This document shows, in pieces, positions 13,901-28,900 of a stretch of DNA of 64,000 nt; position 1 is the first letter of the stretch, and each line of letters starts with the position of its first letter. The notes beneath the pieces were generated by a model, which was not told the origin of the DNA, did no database searches, and worked only from the letters and a program-made list of their open reading frames with translations. A program made the position numbers and the translations under genes. Source of the DNA: Phoronis australis (taxonomy: Eukaryota > Animalia > Phoronida); assembly GCA_002633005.1 (NCBI GenBank), contig NMRA01000026.1, positions 362,408-426,407 on the forward strand, written 5' to 3'.

Positions 13901-16900
13901 AGAAGACAGAATTAAGTGCATTGCCATCAGGGTCATAAATTTGGTTTTGCATAAACTATCACTAATTAAAAATTAGAAATTTTGAAGAACTGACTCGCGA
14001 ACTAGCAATAAAAGCACTTAGTGAATTTTCAAACAAACTTACATCATTCTCATTAACACCCCTATAGTTCAAGAGAGCTCAAAGTGCCATAAACCCCTCT
14101 CCCATCAACAAATTTCTGACTTAGAAGCTTGTTTTTTGTTCACAGTACAAGTGATTTCAGGGCTTAGGAAGTTCTGATAGGTTGTTGAGACCAGCTTCAA
14201 TGAGTTGACTTGACACAGGCAAGCATCACTCATGCGTCAAGCATGGCTTCAGCAGTCCTAGTTATTAGCCCTGGGGTCCGTTTCTTGAAAAATCCCTTTA
14301 GACTAAAATTTTACACTACAGTCCTCCATTTCCTCCAACAGGTGGCGCAGGCTAGAAAATGAATGAGGGTACATTCTTGGAAGCGCACGAGGCAAACAGG
14401 GACTAAAAACGTAACCTAACTGGTGATATAGAGTATAAATGGAAACCAGTAAATGACTGTAGGAGTGTAGGAGATGAATTTGCTCAATATCAAATGACAA
14501 TGTAACGATTCTTCTTTGATTTAGCAAGTTAGACTTTGTTCAGTTTTCATAACGGTTACACTTACACTTTCCACAATAGAGACAATAATAATAATAAAAA
14601 TGATATAACTCCTCAATATAAACGGTAAGAAGAATGTTACGCAAAATAGGTTCATGCATGTCACAAACAGTAATGAGAACAAATTAAGTTTGAACAGCTT
14701 TTAAAATTGGTTGAGCGGGAAGAGTAACTTCTAATTACAAAATTGGAATAGAAAATTTGAACTATAGCATGCTTAATTTGTCCGCGTAGACAATAGTTGA
14801 CCTTTGACATGAAGGTGTACTTGTTATAACCAATGGGGGGTAAAACTCTGTTTCACCTTATCAAAGGACAAACAAATCCTTGACAATCGGATTGTGGGCA
14901 AAATAACAAAAGTTTACGATATTGTAGGGCATGCAAAAATACAGTAACATCTCGCCAATGTGGGACAAAAATAATTCCAAAATTGTCCTTTCCATTTTTC
15001 AAGGTCCCCGACATGATTCTGAATGACCACTGTTTTTCAAAATATTGTCTGTTGTCAGCAGTGGTACACAGCTAAAGCATGCCAAAGCATTATTTCGATG
15101 TGACCCAACTTTTGTGAAAAAATGAGAAAACGAAAATTTCGCTTGTCCTCCACAATGCGTCCTAAATTGGCGAAATTTTACTGTAACTATCGGATTAATG
15201 ATAATCAAAATGAAGTAACTTGCACGAATACATCAAGGATTACAGCCAACAACATAAAGCATAACTACCTGGTACTTTTTACCGAAATGTATAATCCCCA
15301 GTTTCTGAAGAGGAAGTATCAATCTAATATCATTCTGGCGACTAAATCTGTGGCAAGCCCAGGATCTAATCTTAGTTCTCGAAATCAAACTCGAAATTAT
15401 TTTTGCTTTATCCCGTCTGGTTTTCACACAATGTCAAGATTAGTGTCTATTATTCTATGCTCGAGTACACTAAGGGTTCCGCAGACCAGATTCCAGTGCA
15501 ACGTCGCATTTGATAATCCCAGATTCAAGCTACAAGCTCGAGTAAAAAATACAGATTTCAAGAAAAAATTCAAAATTTTGTGTTCAGGCTCTAACTTATA
15601 TTATTAATGCTTGGGTCATCAAGTACATCTTTAGGTCATCAAGTGCAAAATAGGATTAGACAGTCATTCAGCTAATACACAACTGCAGACACTCATCTTG
15701 AGTTTGTTTTCATAGAACAGCAAATTTCGAGTTTGATTTTGACTACAAGGATTATACCCTGGACCCTAATTAGATTCAGTTTTTAACTAATTAAATCAAG
15801 ACACATTACAAAAAAGGAAATAAAGTTTCGGGGCCCATTTCTCAAGGAGTATTGACCAATTATCTTTGAATAAAAATTAGTCTAATAAAGGCTTAGCTTG
15901 TTTCAGGAAAACAGGCAAAGGGTGAAAGTCCGCAAATCTGTCTAACTCAAAGTCAAAAGACAGAATCTGTTAAAATAAGACATAAGATAAAACGTTTCGA
16001 GAAATGCAGAAGACAAAAAAATCAACGTTCGGCTATTTATTGTCAAAGTTTTTACTTTTGGCTAAAACAAAAAGGCAAATTTAAGTCAAGTGACTTCAAT
16101 AACAGACCACGTAATTTGTAGTAAATAAATGGATACCAGTCATGTAGCTGTTTATTAACAACTAGAACAAAGATTATCATTAATTTGTTTTAGGTAAAAC
16201 AGCAAATTGACATAGAAAATAAAGGGCGACGGAAACACAACAATGCCAGAGCTGCATTATGAATTTGCCTAAATAAGTTTGTTGCCACAAGAATTACGAC
16301 AAAGAGTCTTGGTACAAACGACGACACTTACCGAGGCCTTGATAATGATGTATAACGTTTTGTGTTATAATGAGCACGGTGGAACAATTAAGCCATCAGC
16401 GACAATTGAAAGAGAAACACTGTGATTAGGGGCTGAGAACAATAGTGAATAGTCAGCTACGATAAAGCCTCACCAATTTCTGGCACAAATAACAGCCAAA
16501 ATGCCATTTTATATTTCTCAAGGGATTCTAAAATTCTTGGGAACATAGTTTACGTGAGTTTTCAAAAAGTTGCAGGATGGTAGCTATTCTACATAATCAT
16601 GGAAAAGCATATAATTTGGTCCCACACACCATTCCTGGAAAAAATGATGAAATGAAATTTCCCTTGTCCGCCATATTGCATTCTAAATTGGTGAGATTTT
16701 ACTGTTATGCTTAAGGCATAATACACAGTGAGGCAATTAACTTCGGACAAGGAAAAATCAGCTGAATAGAAATTGAGTTTTAAAAGATACCCTTTCCCCA
16801 GATCAGAACACACACAGTCTTGTCATTTATCCCATTCATTTTCCAAGCAGAGAATTTTAAGCTAATCACAAGCAATCAGTAGCAGTGAGTTTTCAACCAA

Positions 16901-19900
16901 TCAGTTTCTTCATCAGCAACAGACATTATGCCATTGTGAGTCATGTACCGTATTCTATTAAAACTCATCCTTATTTTGACCACAGGGCAATTTTAACTGA
17001 CCGGGTGACCCGAGTGCGCAGTACTGACCTTAATCCTGCCCACAGCTTCCTGGGCCTGCATCATGCGGAGAGCCTTTGAAGGTTGACCTTCTGACACTAG
17101 CTGGGTGGAACCAAGGTAGCGTGCTCGGAACAGCACACCCTCTATTAATACTGATGGTTCGTCGGGATCGTATATGGCAACTACAAGAACAGGTGGAGGT
17201 CTATGGGTGATGTTGCAGTCAATACAGGTTGATGCATCTTGCTCAAATTCACTTACGCAAGTTCTATGGAAAAATATCTAACTAGAGAATCCAAATTACG
17301 TGAATGAAGTCAGGGTCAAGTTTGTGCACTACCCAAGATCGCAAGTAGAAAAGCTGTTATGCTGGGACATGTATGTATTCCAATGATCAATGTCGAGTCT
17401 GTTTTTATTTTGTGTGCAACTACAGCTGCAGTGTGTCCTGCATAGACCATAGAGCTAATTTTTGGCGTGTTAAACCATCTCAAACCTATTCCATCACAGT
17501 TAGAAGTAGTGGGAACGGACAATGTCACTTTTCATTTAAAATTTTCACACTGACTTGTGGTCCTCAGGAAACACATAATGTTTACAGCAGCTTATTGGAA
17601 ATGATGTGTGAAAACTGTAACCAGGCACGACTAGTAATTTCTATAACGAAGAGCAGTCATACATCTAGAATACCATAGCCTATAGACCTCTAAGGAATCA
17701 CCACCGGAGAGGGAGAGGGAGGGACAGAGAGAGAAAACAACACATAAAACAGAAAAGTCACACACAACCACCTGACCAACCCACTGATCGCCAATGGAAA
17801 CATCCACAAAATATCGCAAACACAAAGAGTAGCCAACACAGTAGAAACCACTTTGACCCGTTGGGAATTATCTGCCTTCGAAGACAAGACACTGACAAGA
17901 ATCCGAAATGCTATTCTAATTACCAAAGTTCCTAAGCAAATAACCAACCTAATATCAGAACAGATTTTGTAAAGCTTAACAAAGCAGCCAACAGCTGTAG
18001 TACAACACAGAACCTGACCACAGGGGGCGCACTTACCAGGGTTCAGTGAAGAGAGGTGGCAGGAAAAAGGCAGTGTGAGAGAAACAAGAAACAGTTGTTT
18101 AGACAGGTGCTGCCATCATTTGACAATGAATATAATGAATTTAGGAGAAACAAGCTATCAAACAAAAGTTGGCAATTTTCGGTGAACATGTTGTCTGCAA
18201 ACCTATACCAACATGATATACACGTCAGCATTTCTTAATAAAATCATTGGTTGGTAAATAGCATACAAAGACAGCTAGAGCAAGGTGTAAGTCACACAGA
18301 GTTGCAGAACAGTTTGGTCGTAGGATATGACCTCAGAGGAGTTGTATTTTACGACATCCCAGGATTTACATACGCCAGGTAAATCCCAAAATGAGCATTG
18401 CTCCAGCAGCAATGCAATAAGGTGTTAACAACAACACAAGAACCAATAACACACTAAACAAAAACGTGCTGCGACAGTCGATTCTTTTCACTTCAAAGAT
18501 GGAGCAAGATTTGTGTTATTGTCTCAGTCATAAACTCGCCTCAGATGCTAGCGTAACCGCTGTTTAGCAGTCTCCAGATCTTGTCCTGTGACTCAGTGTG
18601 ACCAACATAAGAAGTCAAGTATTGAGTGTTGTACAACACATACTGACTGTCAGGATCATTTTGTTCCAGTAGCTCTTCAAGTTAGTCGCGTATAATACAA
18701 AAGGTTAAGGTTATGCGAGACCCTATTAAATGTCCAAATTTGGATATTTTCAAACGTATCATAACATCTCAGAAATGGCTGATAAGAAACTTTAAGATAC
18801 TGAACTTTATATGACTGATTTCTTAGAATGCTAGTAGGAATATTTTTCAAAATGCCTGTGGAGCTTCCAGATTTTTTTTTACAAAACATTAAAAGTTGCA
18901 TGAAACCAAACTAAACAATAATTTAGAAAAGGATAACAGCGTCTTCGAGATTTCACCTTTAAGAAGACATTTGTTCATTGTATCGTCTCGATGAGTTTAC
19001 CTTTCTTCGTTGCTCAATTGTACTAAAAAGTCATGGTTACATGACCCAATTATTGATAAATCCGTATGAAGTCAAAAATCAAATTCTGCATACTGTCTAC
19101 TTTCAGAAAATATGACACCATTACTGAGGTAAATTCTACTTTTGCAGAAATTTGGCTAAATGTAGACTTCATATGAATATGTGATGCGGCCAAAAGCTGG
19201 CGTGCAGAGCAGACTTAAAAAATTTGCGATAAATGCAGACTTGTCGATGAGATTCCACACAACCTTAACAACGGCCACCGGAAATTATTTACTTCTTTTT
19301 GGACATGCCTCACACACACTATGAAAAAAGACTACAACAGCCAGTCAGCCACCGCTCCACAGTGATTAGTCTGAAGCGACGGGCAATATTTGGATATCAT
19401 GCGCCCACATTTTGAGAACCAGTTTGATGCCCATCATTCAGCTACGAAAACTGGTTCTCAAAATGCAGGCACATTATATCCGACTATTACCAAGCGATTC
19501 GCTGTTAGTGACATTGTCACAGCATGACGTGCTTGTGTTTCATTGGCTACACGATGTAATGTGCTGTTCGTAAATTTATAAACCACGTAGACGGCAGCCA
19601 CTGAAGTCCCTTTCAAACATAATCTGTGTGAACGAGATTTTTGCCCTAAAAGAAGAAAACAAGCTCCGGTGATTACAACACCGAACACGATAAGATCCGG
19701 GGGAAAATAAACATGCTGTTGCGCAACACATAATGTGGAGAATCTCTGAGATTCTGAGGAACTGGCGACGTTAGAGAGAGATCGGTTCAAGACATTTGCT
19801 CTCCAAACTGGTTTTTAGTTCGACGAATAAAGTGTAGGACCGAAGACATTGCGGGTTCAAAACTGCTCTAGAGCTGATCTCAAATTCACAAGACTTGAAC

Positions 19901-22900
19901 AACAGCATCTTTCTACCATATTGCTTATTCAAGCAACTTTTGGATACTTTAAGTAATTAACTTTAACCAGGAGAGTTAGGAAACAACAAAATCAACAACT
20001 TTTTGCGATTTAATTACAAATCGCCAATTCTCTCCGTTGTCTGACAGACATTTAATAAAATCAAGGCCGGTGTCTTCATAATGTAATAGTAAATACTGAT
20101 TTAACTTGTAGGATTTGGCTTGGCTGCAAAGGCATGAGGCTACTACGAATCGGATCAATTTCGCACTACTTTACTTTTGTCGGCAAGAATGTCCCTTTAA
20201 AGAACCGTGTTCAAATAAAAATCGAAGTTTCAACTGTCTTATGACCTCTGATAACATGGGTCCCCGAAGTCTTGCAGATTTTATGAGGGATCCCACCGAT
20301 AAACATGTCACCACGACCACGTCTAAACAGACAGAGAAAAAAAATTGCAACACGATGAACAACCCACTGCAGAGAACCATTGATCCATCATCGAGTCTAA
20401 GAAATGAACAATAATTAGTCACAAAATTGAGGAGCAAAGCTTAATCCTAAAAATGTAAGTTCCTACCCTCTGACACGTGGCAATAAACAGAAGTATGTAA
20501 CAAAATCCATAAAAAATGCAGGGTTCATTACACTAACTAAAATAAGTTTTAAATCTAACTTCAAATGTACTATTACACCATCAGACTACAGAACAGAATG
20601 AGGATCTGCTAACGTTACGCAACCGAACACAGCGTCACTACATGTAAAGTAGTGAATGAGTTTCTCTTACGCGCTCCGTCCGACTCATTCTCACCTTCCT
20701 TGGCTCGAGTACGCTTCTCCTGAAAATACAAGACAGTCACGTGTCACTGACAGACGTCAAGTCAAGGATCATTGACAATTCATTTACAACTCTGACATTT
20801 TCCTGTGAAATTCTCCGAGGAGGCACCACTCTCCTCCATTACATATCTTAGTTTCTAGGTAGTGAGCAGACGATGTACTTCTTGCTGGAACTAAAACGTG
20901 TCATCACACCAGGCGCCGCAAGAGAATAGTGACGTCAAAGTTGAATACTTTCCGTATTTTCTGCCCATTTTTGTACCTTTCATTTGAATTGTCAATATTA
21001 AATTGAATAAACACCGATGCTTACCCTTTTGCAACAGATAAGCCAAGCTTCACTCGCTGACTAGTTTAACACTTGCTTGTTGGTTATACTCAAGTGTTTC
21101 ACATACATTGCACCTGACTAATACCAAATAACAGAGCAGCTTTACAAGTAGACCCATAGGCCTAAATATGCACGTACACTGTAAGACCAAAAAACCCTCA
21201 TGCTAACAATTTGCCACCAAGCTAAATGCACCCAGTCACCAGATGATCAACACTCCCATTCATCCGATTTTCACGGTCGCTATTCCTAAGTGGGAAAAGT
21301 CCGATGGCACTACGACGTCGAGGGGAAAATTCTAATCCAGTTTCCGGAAGTTTCGATTGATAATTTTTTCGTATCGGGACAAGGCTCACCTGAGCTGCCC
21401 TGGCTGCAGATTCCTCGTTAAGTTCAGGTATGTGCACACTTTCATCTCTTCTGTATTGTTTGTCCAGCAACTGATCCGTTTCTTCATCGGTGTCATAATC
21501 TACAACACACACATTTCTACGTGCACAACATCTATAGTAAGCAAATTATTTTACAGAAAAACAATCGCCTAAACTGCCTTCTCCAAATTCTCAAAAGTTG
21601 CCAACATTGCTGTAAATGCCTGCAACTTTTTAAAGATTTTGTACACACCCAGTACAACATCTAGACAAAACGTTTTCAAATTTCACCAATACCGGACGAA
21701 ACAATTGCATGAATCATCCTTTTTTGTTCTTCAAAAGTTGAAAACCTGATGTAATCCCAGCAATTTTTAAAAACATTTGTCCAATGATACCTTCCTTCTG
21801 ATCAGTGCATACTTGGATAGTGACAAAGCATTAGCTTGATACTACTCTTGATTATTAAAACAAGACCATAGCAGAACGTTAATATGCACCCACCACGTAC
21901 ATCGCAAACGACAAAGATAAATGGGTACCGGTACTCATTTTTTACACAAGTCGGAGGTCTTACAAAAACCTTATCAACTAAATTTCGTGCAGATCCGTCA
22001 TTGAATTTGCTAGATGGAAAAATTAAACTGACATAACAGACCACAGCAGTAGTTGACACTGTCCAAAAGTTAATGTTCGCCAAATTTCCATCAATTGAAA
22101 CAAATTTGTTAAAATTCGTAATGATTTTTAAAATTGTTTAGCAAATAGAAAAGCTGATACCAGAAATGGGCTCAAAACATCAATATCGCCGAAAGAGTGG
22201 CGCAAAACATACAAGAGTTGTGAGAAAATGGCCAAATGCTTTCTTTTTTTCCATGCTCTCATAAATAGGAAAATATCCAACAAAATTTCTGACGGACTAT
22301 CAAAAAGAAGCATATGCCAAAAAACGAAGCCAAAACACTAAAATTGCCACCAGGGGGCACATCAGGGCAGAGCCATTCAAAAGTTGTCACGTGACACTCC
22401 CTCCTTGATACAAACATATCTGCCAAGTTTCAAAAGATCCACCGAGGGACTCGACAGATAAAAAAAGCAAACACAAAAAAGTAAAATTATCACTACACGA
22501 CACAGCAGTAAAGAATTTGCCCAGAAGTTGTCCTTATCCATTGTCATATTCATATGGACACACCTGCCAGATTCCACAAACATCTTGAAAGCAGTTTAGG
22601 TTTTACAGCAGCAGACGCTAGACTGGGACAACGGGAACGACGGCAATATGTGCCCACACTCAAATGTAGATGTGGGCGCATAGAAATGCAAAAATTAATT
22701 TTAACACTGGCACTGAAGCTCCATTTTTCAATAAAATCAAAAGATTTTATGTAAAATTTAAACTTCCAGTGATACAAAAAACAAAATTTGATTCTGATAG
22801 ATATGCACATGGGGTATTTTTGAAAACATGGTTCGAGGCATTTCAGAAAACTCATGACTTTTTTACTTAAGTGACAGAGCGTTCAAACCCTTTTCTTTAA

Positions 22901-25900
22901 GTGGTTGCAAGTAGAAATGATGCAACTATGTTGGATACACATTCAAGGTAACCTTCCAAAAATTACACCAACTCTCAATTTGTACTCTGGAAGCTAAAAG
23001 CAAAGAATCAAGCGCCCGACAGCTAACCATCAGAGGCATCAGATTCTAGTGTTAGCAGGACTGATTTCAGTTCCCAGGAATTAGGATTCGTGTATCAAAT
23101 CAGCAATTCGCTGAATGGACTGCATCGTGCGGAAAATATAGTACACGCCAAACATAATCAAACAAAATGACTCGTAATTTACCATCATGACGGCCGAGGA
23201 CTAGCAGAATACCATTACAATGGCCGAGTGTAAAGTTCGTAATTCACTATCAGAGTAATTATAATATGGCCCACCTTGATGCATCATCAACCGCCATGAT
23301 GACGAAACAGTATTTTATCCGATTTCTTTTTGGTGTGCACAATAGATAAACAAGCTACCATCATTTCTATGCAATCAAAGCAATTTTACAACCCTAAATG
23401 TTTGACTCGGCAAACAAAGGCAGGCTACAACTTACGCCTCTGCAATATCTCTGGTAAATCCTTGTTCATGGACAACCACTACTTTGCAAGAGCTTTCTAT
23501 AACACTTCAAAGTTAACCGATTCAACAGAAAAGATATTAATGTTTTGCAGCCATGCAAACTGAACCCAACGCATAGGTGTGAATACTAGACATACTAAAT
23601 GGTAATTGTAACTAATGAGCGGGCAAGCTGCACTCGCATGCTGGAGATCAGCTGACGGTATACGCAATACCACGTCACCATCGCAGGAATACTACAGCCC
23701 GGTCACACCGCACTCATTCTCAGAAGGTTCCATCTCGTCTTCACGACTCGTTAAATCAGGAACGGGCGCAAACAGGCAACTTCAGGCAAAACATGAATCA
23801 AACGTGAGACCGTCTCACTCAGATCGTACATACACTAACTCTGTTGCTACTCGTCATTTTTTCTCGTTGCCAAGATCTAACTGAGAACTACCTTTGTGTG
23901 ACAGGGCTGTGGTGGCTTAAAGGATACGTTAACTTTCTTTAAATACCTTACCAATCACTCTACTATATTGAAATAGGATATTACGGGGCAACATGCAATC
24001 TACATCTTGATGTATCCACCAGAATGAGTGGGCACAACGGATTACCAAGATGTCCCCATTCACCCATGCTTCAGTGAAGGTATATTTTGGTACTCTCACA
24101 AAGCCACATATAGTGTCAAATATACACGAGGCATATTTTGGTGTTATTAATGACGCAAGTTTGCATCGACACCGCTGTATCATATATTATATTCCGAGTG
24201 GAAAAAATCAAGTACAGCTGTAAGCGATCCAACCCTGCAAATTGGATTTATTCGAGTTCGAATTTGGAGGATTTAACGACGACTGCTAATTATAACATGT
24301 GCTTGTCAGGGTAGTTTTGTATCACAGGAGCGGTCACTGTACCAAAATAACATAGTTTGAAAACTTCCTGCCTTATAGTAACGGAGAAGGTGTGATGCAT
24401 GTGTATGTGTGTTGTAGTATCTAATGAGCAACTGCTAACCGACCTCCTTCCTTGCGCCTCTCGACGTACGCCGTTGGTGCAACATCCTCCTTTTGGCTAT
24501 CGCACTCGGAGCCGGACTCGTGGTATGATTGGCCGTTCGTCTGCCGCGACGACGGCGATTGGTGTGTGCCCTGCTCCTCCGGTCCATGCGACACGCCGCC
24601 AGGTGGCGTGTACCCACTCTTCACAGAGGCGTCATAATTGACGCTGGGTGAGTTCCGCGGCTGGCCGCCGGCGTTCACCGCATTCTGTCCATGTCGATTA
24701 GCTAAACTCCTCTTGTGCGACGAGTGTATTTTATGACGTATCTCATGCTGTTCATCAGTCTCAGTCTGGACCGGAGCGTACTTCCTGCGAAACCACGAGC
24801 CAGCTATCGCTTGGTCATGTTCATGGCCTTCATCGTTACTATCGGAATCCGAATCGTTGCCTAAAAATTAAAGCATGCACAAAGTGAACCATGCACAGGC
24901 AGCAGGTCAACTAAAACAGGCGCGAAAGCACACAGGCAACTGAATATCACTTGGTTAAAAAGTTTTTGTACTCCACAGCAGTGGTAGATCCACCGGGGGG
25001 CGTTCAGGAGGATTTACCTCCCCTTAGTGATTGGCTGGGTGAATAACATCGCAGTACAGTAATCCTACACTTATTTAGAACACAATATGGCCGACAAGTG
25101 AAATTCTCCACAAAAATAAAGATCAAAGATAATTTCAGTCTATTACTAGCGTGTTTTTGTGTACAAGGTAGACGTCACGAGACAACTATTTCCAGTAATA
25201 AGCCTTTAAAAAAACGACAAGTTTGGAGATTATATTTGTGGCAAATAAGTGGAGTATTACCGTAATCACATGCAAGGAGCAATGTATAACCAAGAAAAAG
25301 CACAAGGATGCAAAAACTTCGTAGAGAAGAACGACATCCTATCCCGGAAAAAAATGTCCGTGTAGTAATACCTACAGAACATAGCTGTATATTTGGGGAA
25401 TTATGGGAAGGAACGTAATGATGAGACAACAGTTTGACAACTCACTGATTGGCTACACCTGAGTGATTAACTCCCCTGGGCAAAAGTATTGTATTGGAGG
25501 GCTTTATCGACATGGCCGTTCAAGAAATAAAAACAGCAGCAACTGATGAAAATCAGATTAAACATTACCATGAAAAAGATTGCTTCAAATTAGCAAGACT
25601 CAGGAACTGGTATGCATGCTTCAGAAAATTATGTCATGCAAAAACTAAAAACTATGGCCTATTTCCTCACAACGTGCTGACAAGATCCACAAAATGCAAG
25701 TTATCAATAAACTCCCCTCGTCTGCTGATGAAGGAGACAGAGTGAAGGCCTCTGCATGTGTTTATATAGACATACAGGTTGTCAGAGAAGGATAAGTAGT
25801 ACTTTGGTGAACAGATCACTAAGATTCGTGCAAAAAATTTGACAGATGGTCAGACGGCCCCATAAGTGAGATGCCTTTCATGTTAATACTGTTCAAGACA

Positions 25901-28900
25901 ACATGAAGCAAAGCAAATAACCAGTGTATTTCTGTTCATCAAATGTTGACCAAGACTTGCTCATGCTTCGGAGGACTAAATGGTACGCCCACATGTCTCA
26001 AAAAGCGAACACGTGGGTATGCTACCACTAAACATTACTCAAAACTCGACTCGAAAAATCGACTAATCGTATAGCGCACTTAAAAGATAACTATCATAAA
26101 TATACATGGTATGAATCTTCGAGTAGTACCTCGAGTAAACTTTGGTCATCTGCAGACCCAGAAGGCATTTTTGACACGATGTTGTTCGACATGAACAACA
26201 ACGACTTCGGGGATAAATAAACTTATTGCTAAATTTAACCGCTGCTGCTAGAGCTAATTGGGAGTCTCAACACTTTGTTTCCTAGAACACCAACTATTCT
26301 TGGTCAGACTCGCACATTGTAACATGCAGTGGTGTGGTTGTAAACACAGACACCTCGTAGCTACCAGGGGTTTGTTTCATGAAGAGTGACATCGGGATGA
26401 CGTCGAAAATTTTGCCTTACGTACTCCACTGATAAAGGATTCGTTCTCACTACAACAAAAAGTCTCTGGGCATATACCCTCAACAGCTAGTCCCTTAAAG
26501 GGGTCCCTGCACTCTGAGAACTAGCTTTCTCCACTGACTTATGGAAATCAAACTGGTTCTCAAAATCCAGGATTCCTTTAAATGACTATTGCCAACTCGC
26601 CTTCCATCAAAAAATAGATTTGTGTAAGACTAAATACAGTTTAATTGGCTGCGGCTTGACCCCAACTCAAATCGGAAGTCATTTCTGGGCACACGATCGA
26701 GACTCTCAACTCAGACTCGAAATTTACGAGGCATGCTGTATGACTCGAGTGAAAACTTGTAAGTTTACCTGAAGCATGCTATGCAAAAGTCGGACAAATT
26801 TCAGGTATAAATAATAGATTCTGGGCTCTGGGCAGACAAAGGAACTCTTACGCTCAAGATGACTTGTCTGAGTGGACCATTCAACGCGCTGAGCAACCAA
26901 TATCAAACCAGGCTCAGAAACCACTTCTGACGTGCCGAGTAAGGAACAAGTTGAGAGTGGCTTAATAACAGCAAGTTTTCAAACTAAAAATTTGCTTCTT
27001 TGATGGAATGCGGATTTATGACAGCTTTAATTGGAAAATCAAATATTTATATTAACTTAAGGTTATGAAGAACCATAGAAAAAAATTCCAACTGCAAAAT
27101 TCGGAAAGTCATATTTCAGAAAAGGCCGATAGGATTCACAAAATTATCACAAAATCTGGTTGTATTATTGATACCATTGTTCTGCTAAGATTGTACCTTA
27201 ATTCTCTTTTGCAAAATTTTACTAAAAAAATTGTCACGTGACCCAATCAATGGCAGATTGGCATAAAGTCAAAAATCAAACTCTACAAGCTTACCACTTT
27301 CAGGAAATATTTAGTTAAATTCTGTTCTTTTGTAACAATTTGGCTGAATGTGCACACTTGTCGATAAGGTCCTGTATAACTGAGACATGTGCCAATGGTT
27401 AAACGGCAAAAACTTTTATTCAATTCTAGCCAAGTGGCAACGTAGGACAAAATTCTGACTTAAAGCATCAGTCACTATTCATGCACAGAGCCCCTGGCAG
27501 CTCACGAATCTGACAGCGACAACAAAGTTGACATACCGTTGAACGTCCAAGTAACTTCGACTAAATAGAAAAGACACAGTGTATGATTAAGACGGGTGGC
27601 CCAGCTCCTGCCTACCTCGGGGACTTCTGTAGACTCGGCCGGCATGATGTCGACTCTGCTGGCCCCTCAACAATGCATCTCCTTCCATTTCAATCTCACG
27701 AACTGCATAACAGATGTCAGCACAATCACTTATTCAATCCACGGCACAACCATATACTAGTACTACATGATTTAAATTCAATTTCTGGGCAGTAATGCCA
27801 TCTATTGTAGTACCTATGGTTGCGAAATAAAAATTGAAAAAATAAAGTAATAAATACGCTCTATTTGGAATCACTGACACTAGCATGTCAACAAATTCTA
27901 CTTGACATCATTTCAGACACCAGATTTGTGGGTCGAATTCATAATTTTTACAAAGACTGAAACTTAAAAGGATACCAAAACCGCTTATGGCCAACTAACA
28001 GATAATAAACACGACTTTAAAGTCCAGTTCTCTGAAACGAAATAATGCTCTGTAACCCTTGGAAACCCTCAAAAGTTTGGAAGAAAATTTGAAAACACCT
28101 TTCAAAGTCTGTTAAACGGACAGGTATGACCTACATTTTTAGTGAATTACACGGCAACCGTGGGAAAAGACCACCCACCAAGGTACATAATGTCCAATCT
28201 GTGACATAGGGAGTACGAATTTTAGCCGATTACTGCCTTTAACTTAGAAAGTTGACACCAATGATGAATCAGCAAGTGACCAAATGAAGATTGGTTGAAA
28301 TCATCAAAACAGAGTTTAGTATCCTTTTAAGGGGACTTGGCTGGTGTGCATTATCATTCGTCCACGGAAGGATCTAAATATCTGAGCTGACATTTATGAA
28401 ATGTTGAAATTCATCTGAAGGAAAGATGCCACGTCCAGTAAAATTTAAATTACCCTCTTCGGAGGTACATATACCTTATTTTCAAAACGTTAAGTTAAAC
28501 ACAAAATCTTATTACAAAACCTACGACTGTTTTAGCTGAAACTTGCTGCTCAGATACGGTGGGACCATTATGCACGCCACGGGTATTGTAACATTTCAAC
28601 CCCATTGGGCCTTGACAACGCGAGCCACCAACCGACAACTGAATTAAAATAAGTTTCCAAAAAAATTGCTTACTTGGCATTGAAAAGAAAATCGCTACGA
28701 ATAGCGATGAAAAACATAACGATGCAATTACCATAATGCATGGACATCAAGTTTTGGAAAAAACAATCACTAAGGTTGACAATGACCTCAAAACCTATAT
28801 AAACCTTCAACGTCTGATCTGCAACAAACCATGCAAAATCTATCCAACACAACAGCTGGGACACTTTAGACAGGCTGCTCTGCCACAATGCTTCGAACTC

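Noticed and set aside
23700-23740. Possible alternative start exon MEPSENEC (phase 1) of Mint
   Set aside because: Weak donor (gtgtga) and no promoter evidence
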